DNA of 64,000 nt from an uncultured Alphaproteobacteria bacterium (lineage in GTDB: Bacteria; Pseudomonadota; Alphaproteobacteria; Rhizobiales; Beijerinckiaceae), in assembly GCA_963802615.1 (NCBI GenBank), contig CAWDKC010000021.1:1-64000 (forward strand). Reading direction: 5' to 3'. The position numbers were made by a program, and so were the translations under genes. Under the pieces are notes generated by a model. That model had not been told where the DNA came from and ran no database searches. It worked only from the letters and a program-made list of their open reading frames with translations. This document shows, one piece after another, positions 20,739-31,185 of this stretch (positions are counted from its first letter, which is position 1; each line of letters opens with the position of its first letter).

Positions 20739-22933
20739 ATGGCCACGCAGACCTTTGGGAACCTGCTCGTGTGGCTCGTCATCGTCGCTATCGTCGTCGT
20801 CATCGCCGTCTATGTCCTGCAATGGCTGTACCGCCGTTCGACCAAGGAAGTCGCTTTCGTGCGCACCGGGTTTCTCGGCGAGAAGGTGGTGGTCAACGGC
20901 GGCGCCTTCGTGATCCCGGTGCTGCACGAGATCACCCGGGTCAACATGAATGTGATGCGGATCGAGGTGCGGCGTGAGCATCAGATGGCGTTGATCACCA
21001 AGGACCGCATTCGCGTCGATGTGATCGGCGAGTTTTTCGTGCGCGTCGGCGCCGGCCGGGAGCTGGTGGCGGCCGCCGCCCAGACTCTGGGCCAGCGCAC
21101 ATTGCAGACCGACGGGTTGCGCGAGTTGTTGGAAGGCAAGTTCGCCTCGGCGCTGCGCGCAATTGCGGCGCAGATGGCGCTCGAGGAAATGCACGAGCGC
21201 CGCGGCGAATATGCAGCGAAAGTTCACGAGCTCGCGGCGGAGTCGCTGGCGCTGAACGGCCTCGAGCTCGAAAGCGTGGCGATCGTCGATCTCGACCAGA
21301 CCAGCCTCGAATATTTCGATCCCTCAAACGCGTTCGACGCCGAAGGCCTGACGCAGCTCACCGAGTTGATCGAGACGCGACGCAGAATGCGCAACGAGAT
21401 CGAGCAGCGCACACTGATCGACATCCGCAACCAGAACCTCGACACCCAGCGCAAAATGCTGGAGATCGATCGCGACTCCGAATTTGCCCGGCTGGAGCAG
21501 GAGCGCGAGGTCGAAGTGCGCCGCGCCAGCCAGCGCGCGGCCCTCGCCAAGGAACGCGCCGTCCGCGACCAGGAGGCCGAGCAGGCGCAATTGCTGGCCC
21601 GCGAGGCGGTCGAAAGGTCGCGCTTTGCTCAAGAGCGCGCGATCACAGAAGAGCGGATCAAGACCGAAGAGGAGACCCAGCGGCGCGAAATCGCGCGGCG
21701 GCGCGGCCTCGACGAAGCGGAGCTCAAGACCCGCGAACAGACCGAGCGCGAACAGATCGCTCTTGGCCTCGCGCTCGAAACGGCGCGCATCGAGCGTGAG
21801 CGAGCGCAAAGCGAGTTGGAGATCCAGCGCAAACAGGCGCTGGAGATCGTCGAGCTCGAACGTCAGATTGCGCTCGCCGGAAAGGCTTTGGATTTGACCA
21901 AGGCGGAAGCTCAGAAACGTCGCGCCGAGATCGTCGCCAACCAGGAGACCGAGTTCGAACGAATCACACAGGACCGCACGCTCGACGAGGTTCGGCTCGA
22001 TCGCGAACGGCGTCTCGAAGGGTTGCAGATCGCCAAGCGCCAGGCGTTCGAGGAGGCCGAGATAGCGTCGGCGGAAGAGGTGGAACGGGTGCGAATCGCG
22101 ACCGAGCGTGGAATTGAGGAGGCCAAGCTCATCAAGGAACGCGATCTTCGCGCAACTCGCAATCGACCGCGACCTCAGGATCGAGATCGCCGAAATCCAG
22201 AAGGCGATCGAGATCGCCGCAAAGACGCAGGAGCGCTCCGCCGCCGTCGCCGCAGCGGAGACGGCGCGGGCAAGGGCGATTGAGGCCGAGGAGCAAGCCT
22301 TGACCGCCCGTGAGCGCGAGATAGCGGAGCGTCGGAAGCTCACCGATCTTATCGCCGCGCAGCGCGAGGCTGAACGCGAGGCGCTTCGCATCACGTCCGC
22401 GGCCGACGCCGAAATGCGCGCCGCACGCAGCCTCGCAGAAGCGCAGACGGTCGCCGCTACCGCCGCGGCCGAGGCCGAAAAAATCCGCGCCCTCGCCGCC
22501 GCCGAGCGCTATGAGGTCGACGCTGCGGGACAGCGCCAGCTCAATGAGGCGGAGAATCTGTTGTCCGACGAGGCCCGCGCCGGCCGGTTGCGCGGCAAGC
22601 TTCTCGATCGTCTCGAGGGGATCGTTCGCGAGAGCGTCAGGCCGATGGAGAAGATCGAGGGGATCAAAATCCTTCATGTCGAGGGCATGAACGGCGGCGG
22701 CGGGCGCGAACCGCAGCGTCACCGACGAAGTGATCGATTCAGCGCTGCGCTATCGGGTGCAGGCCCCTATGATCGACAATCTGATGAAGGAGATCGGCAT
22801 CGAGGGCGGCTCGCTCGGACGGCTGACCGACGTGCTGCGCGACGCCAAGGACATTTCAAATCTCGCTCTTGACAAGAAAGGCGGCAAAGGCGACCGCGGC
22901 AAGGATGACGACGATCGCGAGCGCGACCGTTGA
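20739..22933 (+). CDS. flotillin / SPFH-domain (YqiK-like) protein with long coiled-coil, two frame breaks (about 22140, 22720)
   Basis: GGAGG-spaced ATG; TM helix then SPFH domain (VIPVLHEITRVNMNVMRIEV), E/R-rich coiled coil, tail in ORFs 22108..22872 and 22730..22933. Confidence 0.75.
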
Positions 22934-22952
22934 CGCCTATGTGGTCGAGACC

Positions 22953-23390
22953 ATGACCAAGGTTTACGTTTCCTCCGTGATCAATGCGCCGGCCGCGGAA
23001 GTATGGCGGGTGGTGCGCGACTTCAATGCGCTGCCCAACTGGACTCCGTTTGTGGCGGATAGCCGGATCGAGCAGAACATGCCGTCCGATCAGATCGGAT
23101 GTATCAGGAATTTTCGTTTGAAGGACGGCGGCCTCATCCGGGAGCGCCTGCTCGCTCTTTCGGACTATGATCTTTCCTACACCTATTCGATTCTCGAAAG
23201 CCCGATGGGCGTCGAGAATTATGTGTCGTCTCTGTCGTTGACCCCGATCACCGACGGTGACGCGACTTTTGCCGAATGGCAGGCGGAGTTCGACTGCGCG
23301 CCCGAGCGCGAAGACGCACTGATCCGCCAGATCGGCGTCAATGTCTTCCAGGCCGGATTCAAGACCCTGAAGGAGCGCTTCGGGCGTTGA
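22953..23390 (+). CDS. SRPBCC-superfamily (polyketide-cyclase/Bet v1-like) protein
   Basis: VYVSSVINAPAAEVWRVVRDFNALPNW typical of this fold. Confidence 0.7.
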   Translation: MTKVYVSSVINAPAAEVWRVVRDFNALPNWTPFVADSRIEQNMPSDQIGCIRNFRLKDGGLIRERLLALSDYDLSYTYSILESPMGVENYVSSLSLTPITDGDATFAEWQAEFDCAPEREDALIRQIGVNVFQAGFKTLKERFGR

Positions 23391-23397
23391 GTTCGAC

Positions 23398-24920
23398 GAT
23401 GGTCGAGGTTCGTTCAAAGCACGGTCATCGATGCCCCGATCGACGACGTATGGCGGATCCTGCGCGACTTCAACGGCCACGATCGCTGGCATCCAGCGGT
23501 CGCCGCCAGCGCGATTGAGGGCGGCGCGCCGGTCGACGCGATCGGCTCGGTCCGACGCTTCCGCCTCGCCGACGGCGGCGAATTGCGCGAGCAACTGCTG
23601 GCGTTGTCGGACGCCGATTTCTCGCTGACCTACTGTCTGCTCGAGGCGCCGCTGCCCTTGATGGGCTACGTTGCGTCCATCCGCCTCAAGCGGGTCACCG
23701 ACGGCGAGCGAACCCTCTGGCAATGGCGTTCGCAATTCCGGCCGCCGCGTCATCGCGAGGACGAATTGGTGCGGCTGGTGACGCAGGACATCTATCAGGC
23801 TGGCTTTGCCGCAATCAGACGCCGACTGGAGGGCCGGGCGCACGCGCCCGCGGTCGAGAGGCAGAGGACGGCGAGCCCTCGAGGCGATGCGGTCGCGGCG
23901 CCATCCGCCGCGCCGCGTCCCTCCGCAGACGCGCCGGCCAGGCTGCGAACCAAAGCGATCGTCGTCGCCGCCTACGGCGGCCCCGAGGTTCTGCGAATCC
24001 AGGACGTCGGCCTGCCCGACCCGGGGCCGGGCGAAGTTCGCATCCGCCACACCGCGATTGGCGTCAATTTCATCGACGTCTATTGCCGGACCGGCTATTT
24101 CGACATACTGAAGCCACCGGGTGTGCCGGGCATGGAGGCCGCGGGCGTGATCGAAGCGGTCGGGGGCGGGGTCGATGGCTTCTCCGCGGGTGAGCGAGTG
24201 GCCTACGCCTGCCCGCCGGTCGGCGCCTACTGCGAGCGGCGCAATATGTCGACGGAGCTTCTGGTCCATCTTTCTGAAGACATTTCGGACGAACTCGCCG
24301 CCGCAGCGCTGCTGAAGGGCGTGACTGCAAGCTTCCTCCTTCACGACGTTCATGAGGTGAAACCAGGGGAGGTCGTGCTTGTGCACGCGGCGGCGGGAGG
24401 CGTCGGGCAGCTGCTCACGCAATGGGCGCGTCGATTAGGCGCTATCGTAATCGGCGCCGTTTCAACCGATGACAAGGCGCGGGTCGCCGAACGCCTCGGA
24501 GCCCAAAAAGTGATCATTTCATCGCGAGAGGCGATTGAGCGGACAGTGTTGGACTTTACTGGAGGACGCGGCGCCGACGTCATCTTTGACGCGGTCGGCA
24601 AAGAGACGTTCGATGCTTCAATCGCCGCTCTCGCAATCCGCGGCCATCTGGTCAGCTTCGGTCAAGCATCTGGTGCGATCGGGGAGCGCGACGTCGGTCG
24701 TCTCGCGGCGAAGTCGGTGACACTCTCCAGGCCGAACTACGGGCACTACACTGACACTCCTGAGAAGCTTGGACAACACGTCGCGCGATTCTTCTCGGCG
24801 CTGCGGCAAGGAATCCTCACGGTTCAGCCGCCAAAGCGATATGGTCTCGCCGAAGCGGCTCAAGCGCATCGAGATCTGGAATCTCGTCGGACAACAGGAC
24901 CATCGATTTTGACCGTTTGA
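23398..24920 (+). CDS. second SRPBCC domain continuing without a stop into an NADPH:quinone oxidoreductase (Zn-independent MDR) domain; frame break near 23410
   Basis: VQSTVIDAPIDDVWRILRDFNGHDRWHP.. then an Ala/Pro-rich linker, then KAIVVAAYGGPEVLRIQDVGLPDPGPGEVRIRHTAIGVNFIDVY..AAGGVGQ. Confidence 0.6.
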
Positions 24921-25221
24921 AAGCAGACACTCATTGACGCCGCGAGTGGCGCGCTTCCATCTCAACATCGCAACGGCTTGGCTGAAGCCATGCCGTTCCA
25001 GACACAGGTTCGGGAAGCGAAACATCTGTTTAGTCCCGGGCATTGATGGAGCAATCTTGTCGAGCGATTCGAAGGATGCGCTCTGGGCCAGGTTCTTCAT
25101 GGGTGCGCCACGACGACAGAGGCGGTCCGTCGAGCGATACAACATAGTCAAGAGAGCCTGAGGGAGGATTTATGCGCCGAACAGCGTGCGCGCCTAAAAA
25201 CCCAATTCCAACGGGTCGCCC

Positions 25222-25659
25222 ATGAACAGCGCCAAGGCGGCCAACCCCGTCCGCGGGCGCATCGCCGAGCAAGTCCCCGCCTTCGCCGCGATCGGCTTCC
25301 TGGGCTATTTCGTCGACGCCGGGATCACCTTTGTGAGCGCCAAATATGGCGGCCTGTCGCCGGAGCTTGCTCGGCCGCCCGGTTTCATTGTCGCCACGAT
25401 CGTCAATTTCATCCTCAACCGGTCGATCACCTTCCGCCACGCGCGCACGCCAATCGCACGCGCTTTCCTTCGCTATTGCAGCGTCGCCGCGATCGGGCTG
25501 GCGGTCAACTATGCCGTCTATTCGGCCTGCGTTTTTTTGGCGCCGCGCGCCGGAATCGCCGTCACCCCGGCAATCCTGCCGCTGTTCGTCGCCGCCGGGA
25601 GCGGCGCGGCGATGGTTCTGACTTTCGTCGGCTTTCGGTTCTTCGCCTTTCGGCCGTAG
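25222..25659 (+). CDS. GtrA-family membrane protein
   Basis: 145 aa with four predicted TM helices and the GtrA-like pattern FVDAGITF..IVNFILNRSITFRH. Confidence 0.75.
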   Translation: MNSAKAANPVRGRIAEQVPAFAAIGFLGYFVDAGITFVSAKYGGLSPELARPPGFIVATIVNFILNRSITFRHARTPIARAFLRYCSVAAIGLAVNYAVYSACVFLAPRAGIAVTPAILPLFVAAGSGAAMVLTFVGFRFFAFRP

Positions 25660-25734
25660 CGATTGCCGATTGTCTGGCCCAAAGCTTGCTGAAGCAGGCT
25701 ATGATTGCCTCGAAGCGCCGTGGAGCCCTGCGAG

Positions 25735-27379
25735 ATGTCCCTTTCGCCCTATGACCGCGACCTTGATCGCAACCCGGCCAATTTCCAGCCGCTGACGCCG
25801 CTGACCTTCCTTGAACGCTCGGCCGCGGTGTTTCCGGATCGGCTGGCCATCGTTCACGGGGCCCTGCGCCGCAACTATCGCGAGTTTCACGAGCGAACGA
25901 AGAAGCTCGCCTCTGCGCTCGCCAAGCGGGGCTTCGCGCGCGGCGACACCGTCGCGGTCATGCTCGCCAACACGCCCGCGATGCTCGAATGTCACTATGG
26001 CGTCCCTATGTGCGGCGCGGTGCTCGCCGCGCTCAACACGCGCCTCGACCCGGCCTCGATCGCCTTCATGCTCGATCACGGCGAAGCCAAGGCGCTCATC
26101 GTCGACCGTGAATTCTCCCCAATCATCGGCGCGGCGCTCAGCCAAGCCAAGGTCCGGCCGCTGGTCGTCGATTACGACGATCCCGAATATGACGGCCCGG
26201 GCGAACGGCTCGGAGGCCTCGACTACGAGGGCCTGATCGCGGAGGGCGACGAGGCTTACGAGCGCACGGCGCCGGGCGACGAATGGGATGCGATCGCCCT
26301 CAACTACACCTCGGGCACCACCGGCGATCCCAAAGGTGTGGTTTATCACCACCGCGGCGCCAACCTGCTCTCCGCCGGCAACATCCTCACCGCCGACGTC
26401 GGCCGCCACCCGGTCTACCTCTGGACGTTGCCGATGTTCCATTGCAACGGCTGGTGCTTTCCCTGGTCGGTGAGCGTGAAAGCGGGGGTCCATGTCTGCT
26501 TGCGCCAGGTGCGCGCCAAGCCGATCTTCGATCTCATCGCCGAACACAAGGTGACCCACATGTGCGGCGCGCCGATCGTCATGTCGATCCTGCTCAACGC
26601 GCGCGACGACGAGAAGCGGCCGCTGCCGCACGTCGTGCGGTTCTTCACCGCCGCCGCCCCGCCGCCCGCCGCCGTGCTCAAGGCGATGGGCGAAGCCGGC
26701 TTCGAGGTGACCCATCTCTATGGCCTGACGGAGGTCTACGGGCCGGCGGTGGTCAACGACTGGAAGGAGGAGTGGAACGCGCTCGATCACGACGCCCAGG
26801 CGCATCTCAAGGCGCGCCAGGGCGTTCGTTATCACGCGCTCGAGGCGCTCGAGGTGATGGACCCCGAGACGATGCAGGCCTGTGCCCGCCGACGGAGAAA
26901 CCATGGGCGAAGTGATGTTCCGCGGCAATGTGGTGATGAAGGGCTACCTCAAGAACAAGGCCGGGACGGAGAAGGCGCTGGCAGGCGGCTGGTTTCATTC
27001 GGGCGACCTTGGCGTCAAGCACAAGGACGGCTATGTGCAGCTCCGGGACCGGTCGAAGGACATCATCATTTCCGGCGGCGAGAACATTTCCTCGATCGAG
27101 GTCGAGGACGCTTTGTTCGAACATCCGGGCGTCCAGCTCGCGGCGGTGGTGGCGCGCGCGGACGACAAATGGGGCGAGACGCCGTGCGCTTTCGTCGAGA
27201 TGAAGCCCGGCCATAGCGCGACCGCCGAAGAGCTCATCGAATGGTGCAGGGCGCGGCTAGCGCGCTATAAGTGCCCGCGCCATGTCGTCTTCGCCGAAAT
27301 CCCCAAGACGTCGACCGGCAAGGTGCAGAAATTCGCGCTGCGCGAGCAAGCCAAACTGATCGAGGCGGAGAAAGACTGA
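25735..27379 (+). CDS. AMP-dependent acyl-CoA synthetase/ligase (medium-chain type), frame break near 26880
   Basis: [22 protein letters not shown], and C-terminal [39 protein letters not shown]. Confidence 0.85.
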
Positions 27380-27382
27380 AGA

Positions 27383-28291
27383 ATGCGATCCGACGCCTGG
27401 CCGCAACATTGCCGTGCGGCGCTCGTCCGATCGGTCAGCGCCGCAGCGGCGCAGTTTCCCGCTCCTGGCGAAGAAGCGCCGAAGCGGGTCCATGAGGTGC
27501 GCAAGACACTGAAACAAGCGCGCGCGATCGCGCGGCTCTTTCTCCATTGCGTGGGAGAGCCGGCTCGGGTGACGATCACGGCGCTGGCGGCGACACGCCG
27601 CCAGATCGGACGCGCGCGCGACCTGGATGTGATGGCGCTTCGCGTCCAGCGCCTCGAGCCTCCACCAGAGGTCGCGGAGCCGCTGACGGCGGCGATTGCG
27701 CGTGAGCGAGCGGCTGCCCAGCGCGCCCGTCGCGGCCTCTCCGCCAGCGCGCCCCGCGCGCGGCTCAACGCGATTGTCCGGCGGGTCGAGGGATGGGACT
27801 TGAGCGCGGTCGGCACGGAGGAGATTGTCGACGCGGTCGCGCGCACCTATCGGCAGGCGCGCAAGCGCGGCCTTCTTGCTTTCGAAACCGACGATCCGAC
27901 GGCGCTTCATGCTTCGCGCTCCCGCGTCGTCGATCTGCGCTACCAGCTCTCGCTCTTGTCCTGCGCCTGGCCGGAGGCGCTGAACGCGCAGGCCGAAGCC
28001 TTGAACGACCTTCGCGAGACCCTCGGCGACTTCAACGATCTCCATGTGCTCGGGACGTTCGCGGCGGAACATGGCGAGCTGGCGCCGCAGGCGCTGGAAG
28101 AGCTTGGCGACCGCATAGAGGCGAAGCAGACCAAGCTCAAGGGGCGCGCTCACGTCGAGTTCGAGCGGCTGTTCGCCGAAACGCCGAGCGCCTTCGCGAC
28201 TCGGATCGCGGCCTATCTCAGCTCACCCCGTAGAGAGCCGGATGGCGCACTGGATGAGCGCGCCGCCGCCGATACTGTTTCAGCGGCGTAG
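27383..28291 (+). CDS. CHAD-domain protein
   Basis: 302-aa all-helical Arg/Ala-rich protein with VHEVRKTLKQARAIARLF and LRYQLS motifs characteristic of CHAD. Confidence 0.7.
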   Translation: MRSDAWPQHCRAALVRSVSAAAAQFPAPGEEAPKRVHEVRKTLKQARAIARLFLHCVGEPARVTITALAATRRQIGRARDLDVMALRVQRLEPPPEVAEPLTAAIARERAAAQRARRGLSASAPRARLNAIVRRVEGWDLSAVGTEEIVDAVARTYRQARKRGLLAFETDDPTALHASRSRVVDLRYQLSLLSCAWPEALNAQAEALNDLRETLGDFNDLHVLGTFAAEHGELAPQALEELGDRIEAKQTKLKGRAHVEFERLFAETPSAFATRIAAYLSSPRREPDGALDERAAADTVSAA

Positions 28292-28511
28292 GGCATTTCC
28301 GTGGGCTTCCGCTCCGGCATGATTCAAGGGCGGATCGAAGAAACGTAAGTTGACAGGGGAAGACCTTTCGATCACATTCGACGGCGTTCCAAGGTGAGCC
28401 GGCTGCTCGGAACGGCGGCGGGGGGAATAATGAGTTGCGATAACGGGAGGACGCAGGAGGGATGTTCCCCCTTTGCGCGCTTTGACCGTGTGTCAAGGGG
28501 ACAACGTTCAG

Positions 28512-29277
28512 ATGAAAAAGACGCGTTGGATGATGGCTGCGCTAGCCGGTGGTCGGGGCGCTGACTTTGAGCGCTCACGCCTCGGCGGCGACAATAAATT
28601 GGCATCTTGGAGGCGGCGGCGTCAGCGCGAGCGGCACCTTGACGATCGCTGCAGATCCCGAATTCGGGTTCCGCTTTCGGGACCCCATCGTCCGCGTCGG
28701 GGCCCGGATACGTGGGCATCGCAGACCCTGCTCGGCGCATCCATCATCACCAAGCGGCCACCGGGCGTCTTTTCGATCGACCAGCGTCCTCTGCCGGAAT
28801 CATGAACGTGGCGATCACTGGAATTTTCGCCAATAATTACGCGCTCGCAGTTCGGCGTGCCGTCAGCCGCCGGCTCAGCCATTACACACCAGCACAACGC
28901 TCTCGTACGACAACCTATTCCGGACGGTTCATGGTTCTCTGCACGGACTTACCCATTCCGGCGGCGTGCTCTGACGGTCTACGGGGTCGCCTACGGTGAC
29001 GCTCATCGCCAATGGCGACCCGTCGACCTACGGCAGCAACGGCGTTCATCCAGGCGACCGACCGGGCGTCCGAGCTACGGTCAACGTTCGCGACGCCGAT
29101 ACGGCGACCCTCGCTGCGTCACCCGGGGTAACGGTCTCGCGCCGAGCAGTACATCGCGGGGAAGCCTCAGCCGTGGCCGCCCCCGAGCCGTCGACATGGG
29201 CGATGATGCTCCTCGGCTTCGCTGGCCTTGGCTTTGCCGGCTATCGCAAGTCGCGCAAGGCGGCCGTCGCCGCGTAA
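28512..29277 (+). CDS. PEP-CTERM sorting-domain exported protein, at least three frame breaks
   Basis: Signal peptide MKKTRWMMAALA..LSAHASAA; C-terminal PEPSTWAMMLLGFAGLGFAGYRKSRK. Pieces lie in ORFs 28473.., 28549.., 28712.., 28857.., 28996.. Confidence 0.6.
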
Positions 29278-29301
29278 GCTTGCGCGATCCGATAGAAGGA
29301 A

Positions 29302-29331
29302 AGCCGCCCCAGCTCCGGGCGGCTTTTTTTC
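29302..29331 (+). terminator. rho-independent terminator after the PEP-CTERM gene
   Basis: agccgccc-cagctcc-gggcggct followed by TTTTTTT. Confidence 0.55.
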
Positions 29332-29349
29332 GCGCTCCCGAGCGCCCGG

Positions 29350-30414
29350 TCAGGTGGCGGCGCCGCGCGCGCCGAACAGAAGCGCGACGCCAAACGCCAG
29401 CACCGCGAGCGCGGCGGCGAATTCGAACCCCCTCGCGACGAGCGCAAGGCGCGAATTCTCACCTGCCGCGAGACGCATCGCGGTCGATTTGGCGAAGACG
29501 GCCACCCAGGCTAGCGCCCCGGTCGTCACCGCCGTCCCGATCGCCATGGCGAAAGCGGCCGCGACTCCAGCCATGAACAGTCCCTGCGCCATCGCGAAAA
29601 CGAGCACAAGGATCGCGCCCGAGCAGGGACGAGCGCCTGCGGCGATCACCGTTCCAGCCGCGGCTCGCCACGAGAACCGCCCATCGAGCTCAGCCGGATC
29701 GGGCATGTGCATGTGCCCGCAATCGTCCGTCAGTTCGCCCGGCGCGTCGGGCGGGCCGGCGCGATAGGACGCCGCCGAGAGGCTGAAGGCGGGCCGCCGC
29801 CATGCGACGCCGGCAAAGGCCGGGGTGGAAGCCAATGCGCGGCGGCGACTCCTATGCTCGCTCAGAGCCGCAATGAGCGCCGCGCCTTTCCGCCAGACCA
29901 GCCAGGCGCCGACGGCGGCGATGCCGCAATAGCTCGCGAGGTCGATCCAATCGGCGGCCTCATTCATCCGGGAAGCTGTCGCTCTGAAGGCAAATCCGGC
30001 CGCGCCGACGAGCGCGACCGCGATCAGCGCCTGAAGCAGCGCCGCCAACAGCGCCATTGTCGCGCCGCGTTTGAGCGAGGTTTCATTGGCCAGCATATAA
30101 GAGGCGAGGACCGCCTTGCCGTGTCCGGGGCCGGCGGCGTGAGCCACGCCATAGGCGAGGCCAAGGCCGATCAGGCCCCATGCGGCGCTGGGATTGCCGT
30201 TCAGCGCGTGCACTTTCGCGGCGATGAGGTGGGTGAGCCAGGACTGCTCGGCCATCAGCCAGCCGGTGACGCCGCCAGCGCCGCCGCCCCCGCCCTCGCC
30301 GCCCGCGACTGCGAATGGCCGCGACGAAAGCTGCGCCGCCGCGGCCACGAGCGAGGCGCTCCAAGCGGCCAATCCAAGGCCGATCCGCACGATCGAGCGC
30401 TTCGTCATGGGCAC
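29350..30414 (-). CDS. NicO/RcnA-family nickel/cobalt transporter
   Basis: AAGPGHGKAV motif, His-rich loop DDCGHMHMPDPAELD, multiple TM segments. Confidence 0.75.
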   Translation of the reverse strand: MPMTKRSIVRIGLGLAAWSASLVAAAAQLSSRPFAVAGGEGGGGGAGGVTGWLMAEQSWLTHLIAAKVHALNGNPSAAWGLIGLGLAYGVAHAAGPGHGKAVLASYMLANETSLKRGATMALLAALLQALIAVALVGAAGFAFRATASRMNEAADWIDLASYCGIAAVGAWLVWRKGAALIAALSEHRSRRRALASTPAFAGVAWRRPAFSLSAASYRAGPPDAPGELTDDCGHMHMPDPAELDGRFSWRAAAGTVIAAGARPCSGAILVLVFAMAQGLFMAGVAAAFAMAIGTAVTTGALAWVAVFAKSTAMRLAAGENSRLALVARGFEFAAALAVLAFGVALLFGARGAAT

Positions 30415-31112
30415 GCGACGATGGCGGCGCTCGCCATTTTGAAACCGAAATTGGTTCCGGGCGCGAGGTTGGTGAAGAACGATTCCGACAGTTTCTGCTT
30501 GTCGCTCGCCTCGAGCGGCTTCGGCTTGGCGACCGTGACCACGCAGCCCGATGGCGCGGAAATGAGCTTCACCGGCTCTTTGTCGTCGAACTCAAAATCG
30601 ATGAAAAATTCCGGATCGGACACCCGAAGGGTGAGGAACTTGGTGATCGGCGTCGGCGTCTTCAGCGGCAGGGTGACATGGAACTCGACCAGATGGTCGG
30701 GCCGCTCCTGCATCCAATAGTCCGTCACCGTGCCGAAATCCATGGACTTGCCGCCGATCTTCAGCGTGGTGAAATAGCCGATCTCGGCCAGGCTCCCTGC
30801 GTTCTCCTTGGCCAGCGGGGCGAACTGCTCTTTTTTGACGAGTTGGCCAGCCGGCGCGAGGCCCTGGGTGGCGAAGGACGAATACATCTCGTCGAAAACC
30901 CAGTCGTAAATCACTGCGGAAACCTTGCCCTCGGGCGTGAACGCGATTTGGCTCTTGACCGTGACCCAGACATGCGGATGCGCGCGAGCCGACGTCACGG
31001 CAGCGAGCCCGAGCGCCAGGCTCAACGCGACGCGTCTCCAATTCCGCTGTCGGTCGCCCATGAGGGAGCTTCCTTGCTGGCAAAGTGCGGCGACCAGATG
31101 GCGCGCCCGCAC
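30405..31112 (-). CDS. DUF1007-family periplasmic protein (usual partner of NicO); likely start about 31061
   Basis: Signal peptide then HPHVWV motif; overlaps the NicO start by 10 nt. Confidence 0.7.
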   Translation of the reverse strand: MRARHLVAALCQQGSSLMGDRQRNWRRVALSLALGLAAVTSARAHPHVWVTVKSQIAFTPEGKVSAVIYDWVFDEMYSSFATQGLAPAGQLVKKEQFAPLAKENAGSLAEIGYFTTLKIGGKSMDFGTVTDYWMQERPDHLVEFHVTLPLKTPTPITKFLTLRVSDPEFFIDFEFDDKEPVKLISAPSGCVVTVAKPKPLEASDKQKLSESFFTNLAPGTNFGFKMASAAIVACP

Positions 31113-31185
31113 CCGCCATGGTTGAGCGAATCTTAACGCTGCATGGTTCAGCGATTCTTAAGCCAATGAGCGCAAACGTCGCGTC

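Noticed and set aside
23398-23420. Second SRPBCC gene starting at ATG 23398 in a different frame from its conserved domain
   Set aside because: Not treated as a genuine N-terminal variant. The first five codons (MVEVR) are in +1 relative to the VQSTVIDAPIDDVW.. domain, the same single-base indel pattern seen throughout the window.
24618-25151. 177-aa minus-strand ORF between the quinone oxidoreductase and gtrA
   Set aside because: Two thirds of it is antisense to the oxidoreductase gene. The non-overlapping 230 bp are lower-GC and may be a foreign remnant, but no family similarity was recognised.
25699-26928. Long antisense ORFs (for example 25699..26928 -, 27257..28153 -, 29707..30720 +, 19675..20736 -, 41636..43462 +, 3846..4901 -, 4145..5113 +, 13558..15567 + N-terminal part)
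   Set aside because: They lie opposite or out of frame to genes with clear family signatures and have Arg/Ala/Gly/Pro-rich low-complexity translations. Such stop-free reverse frames are typical of GC-rich DNA.
28400-28500. Sigma-54 (-24/-12) promoter upstream of the PEP-CTERM gene
   Set aside because: A GG..N..TTGC arrangement exists (ggggaataatgagttgcg) but the GG-to-GC spacing is off by one from the consensus and the -24 element is a poor match. Not reported as a feature.
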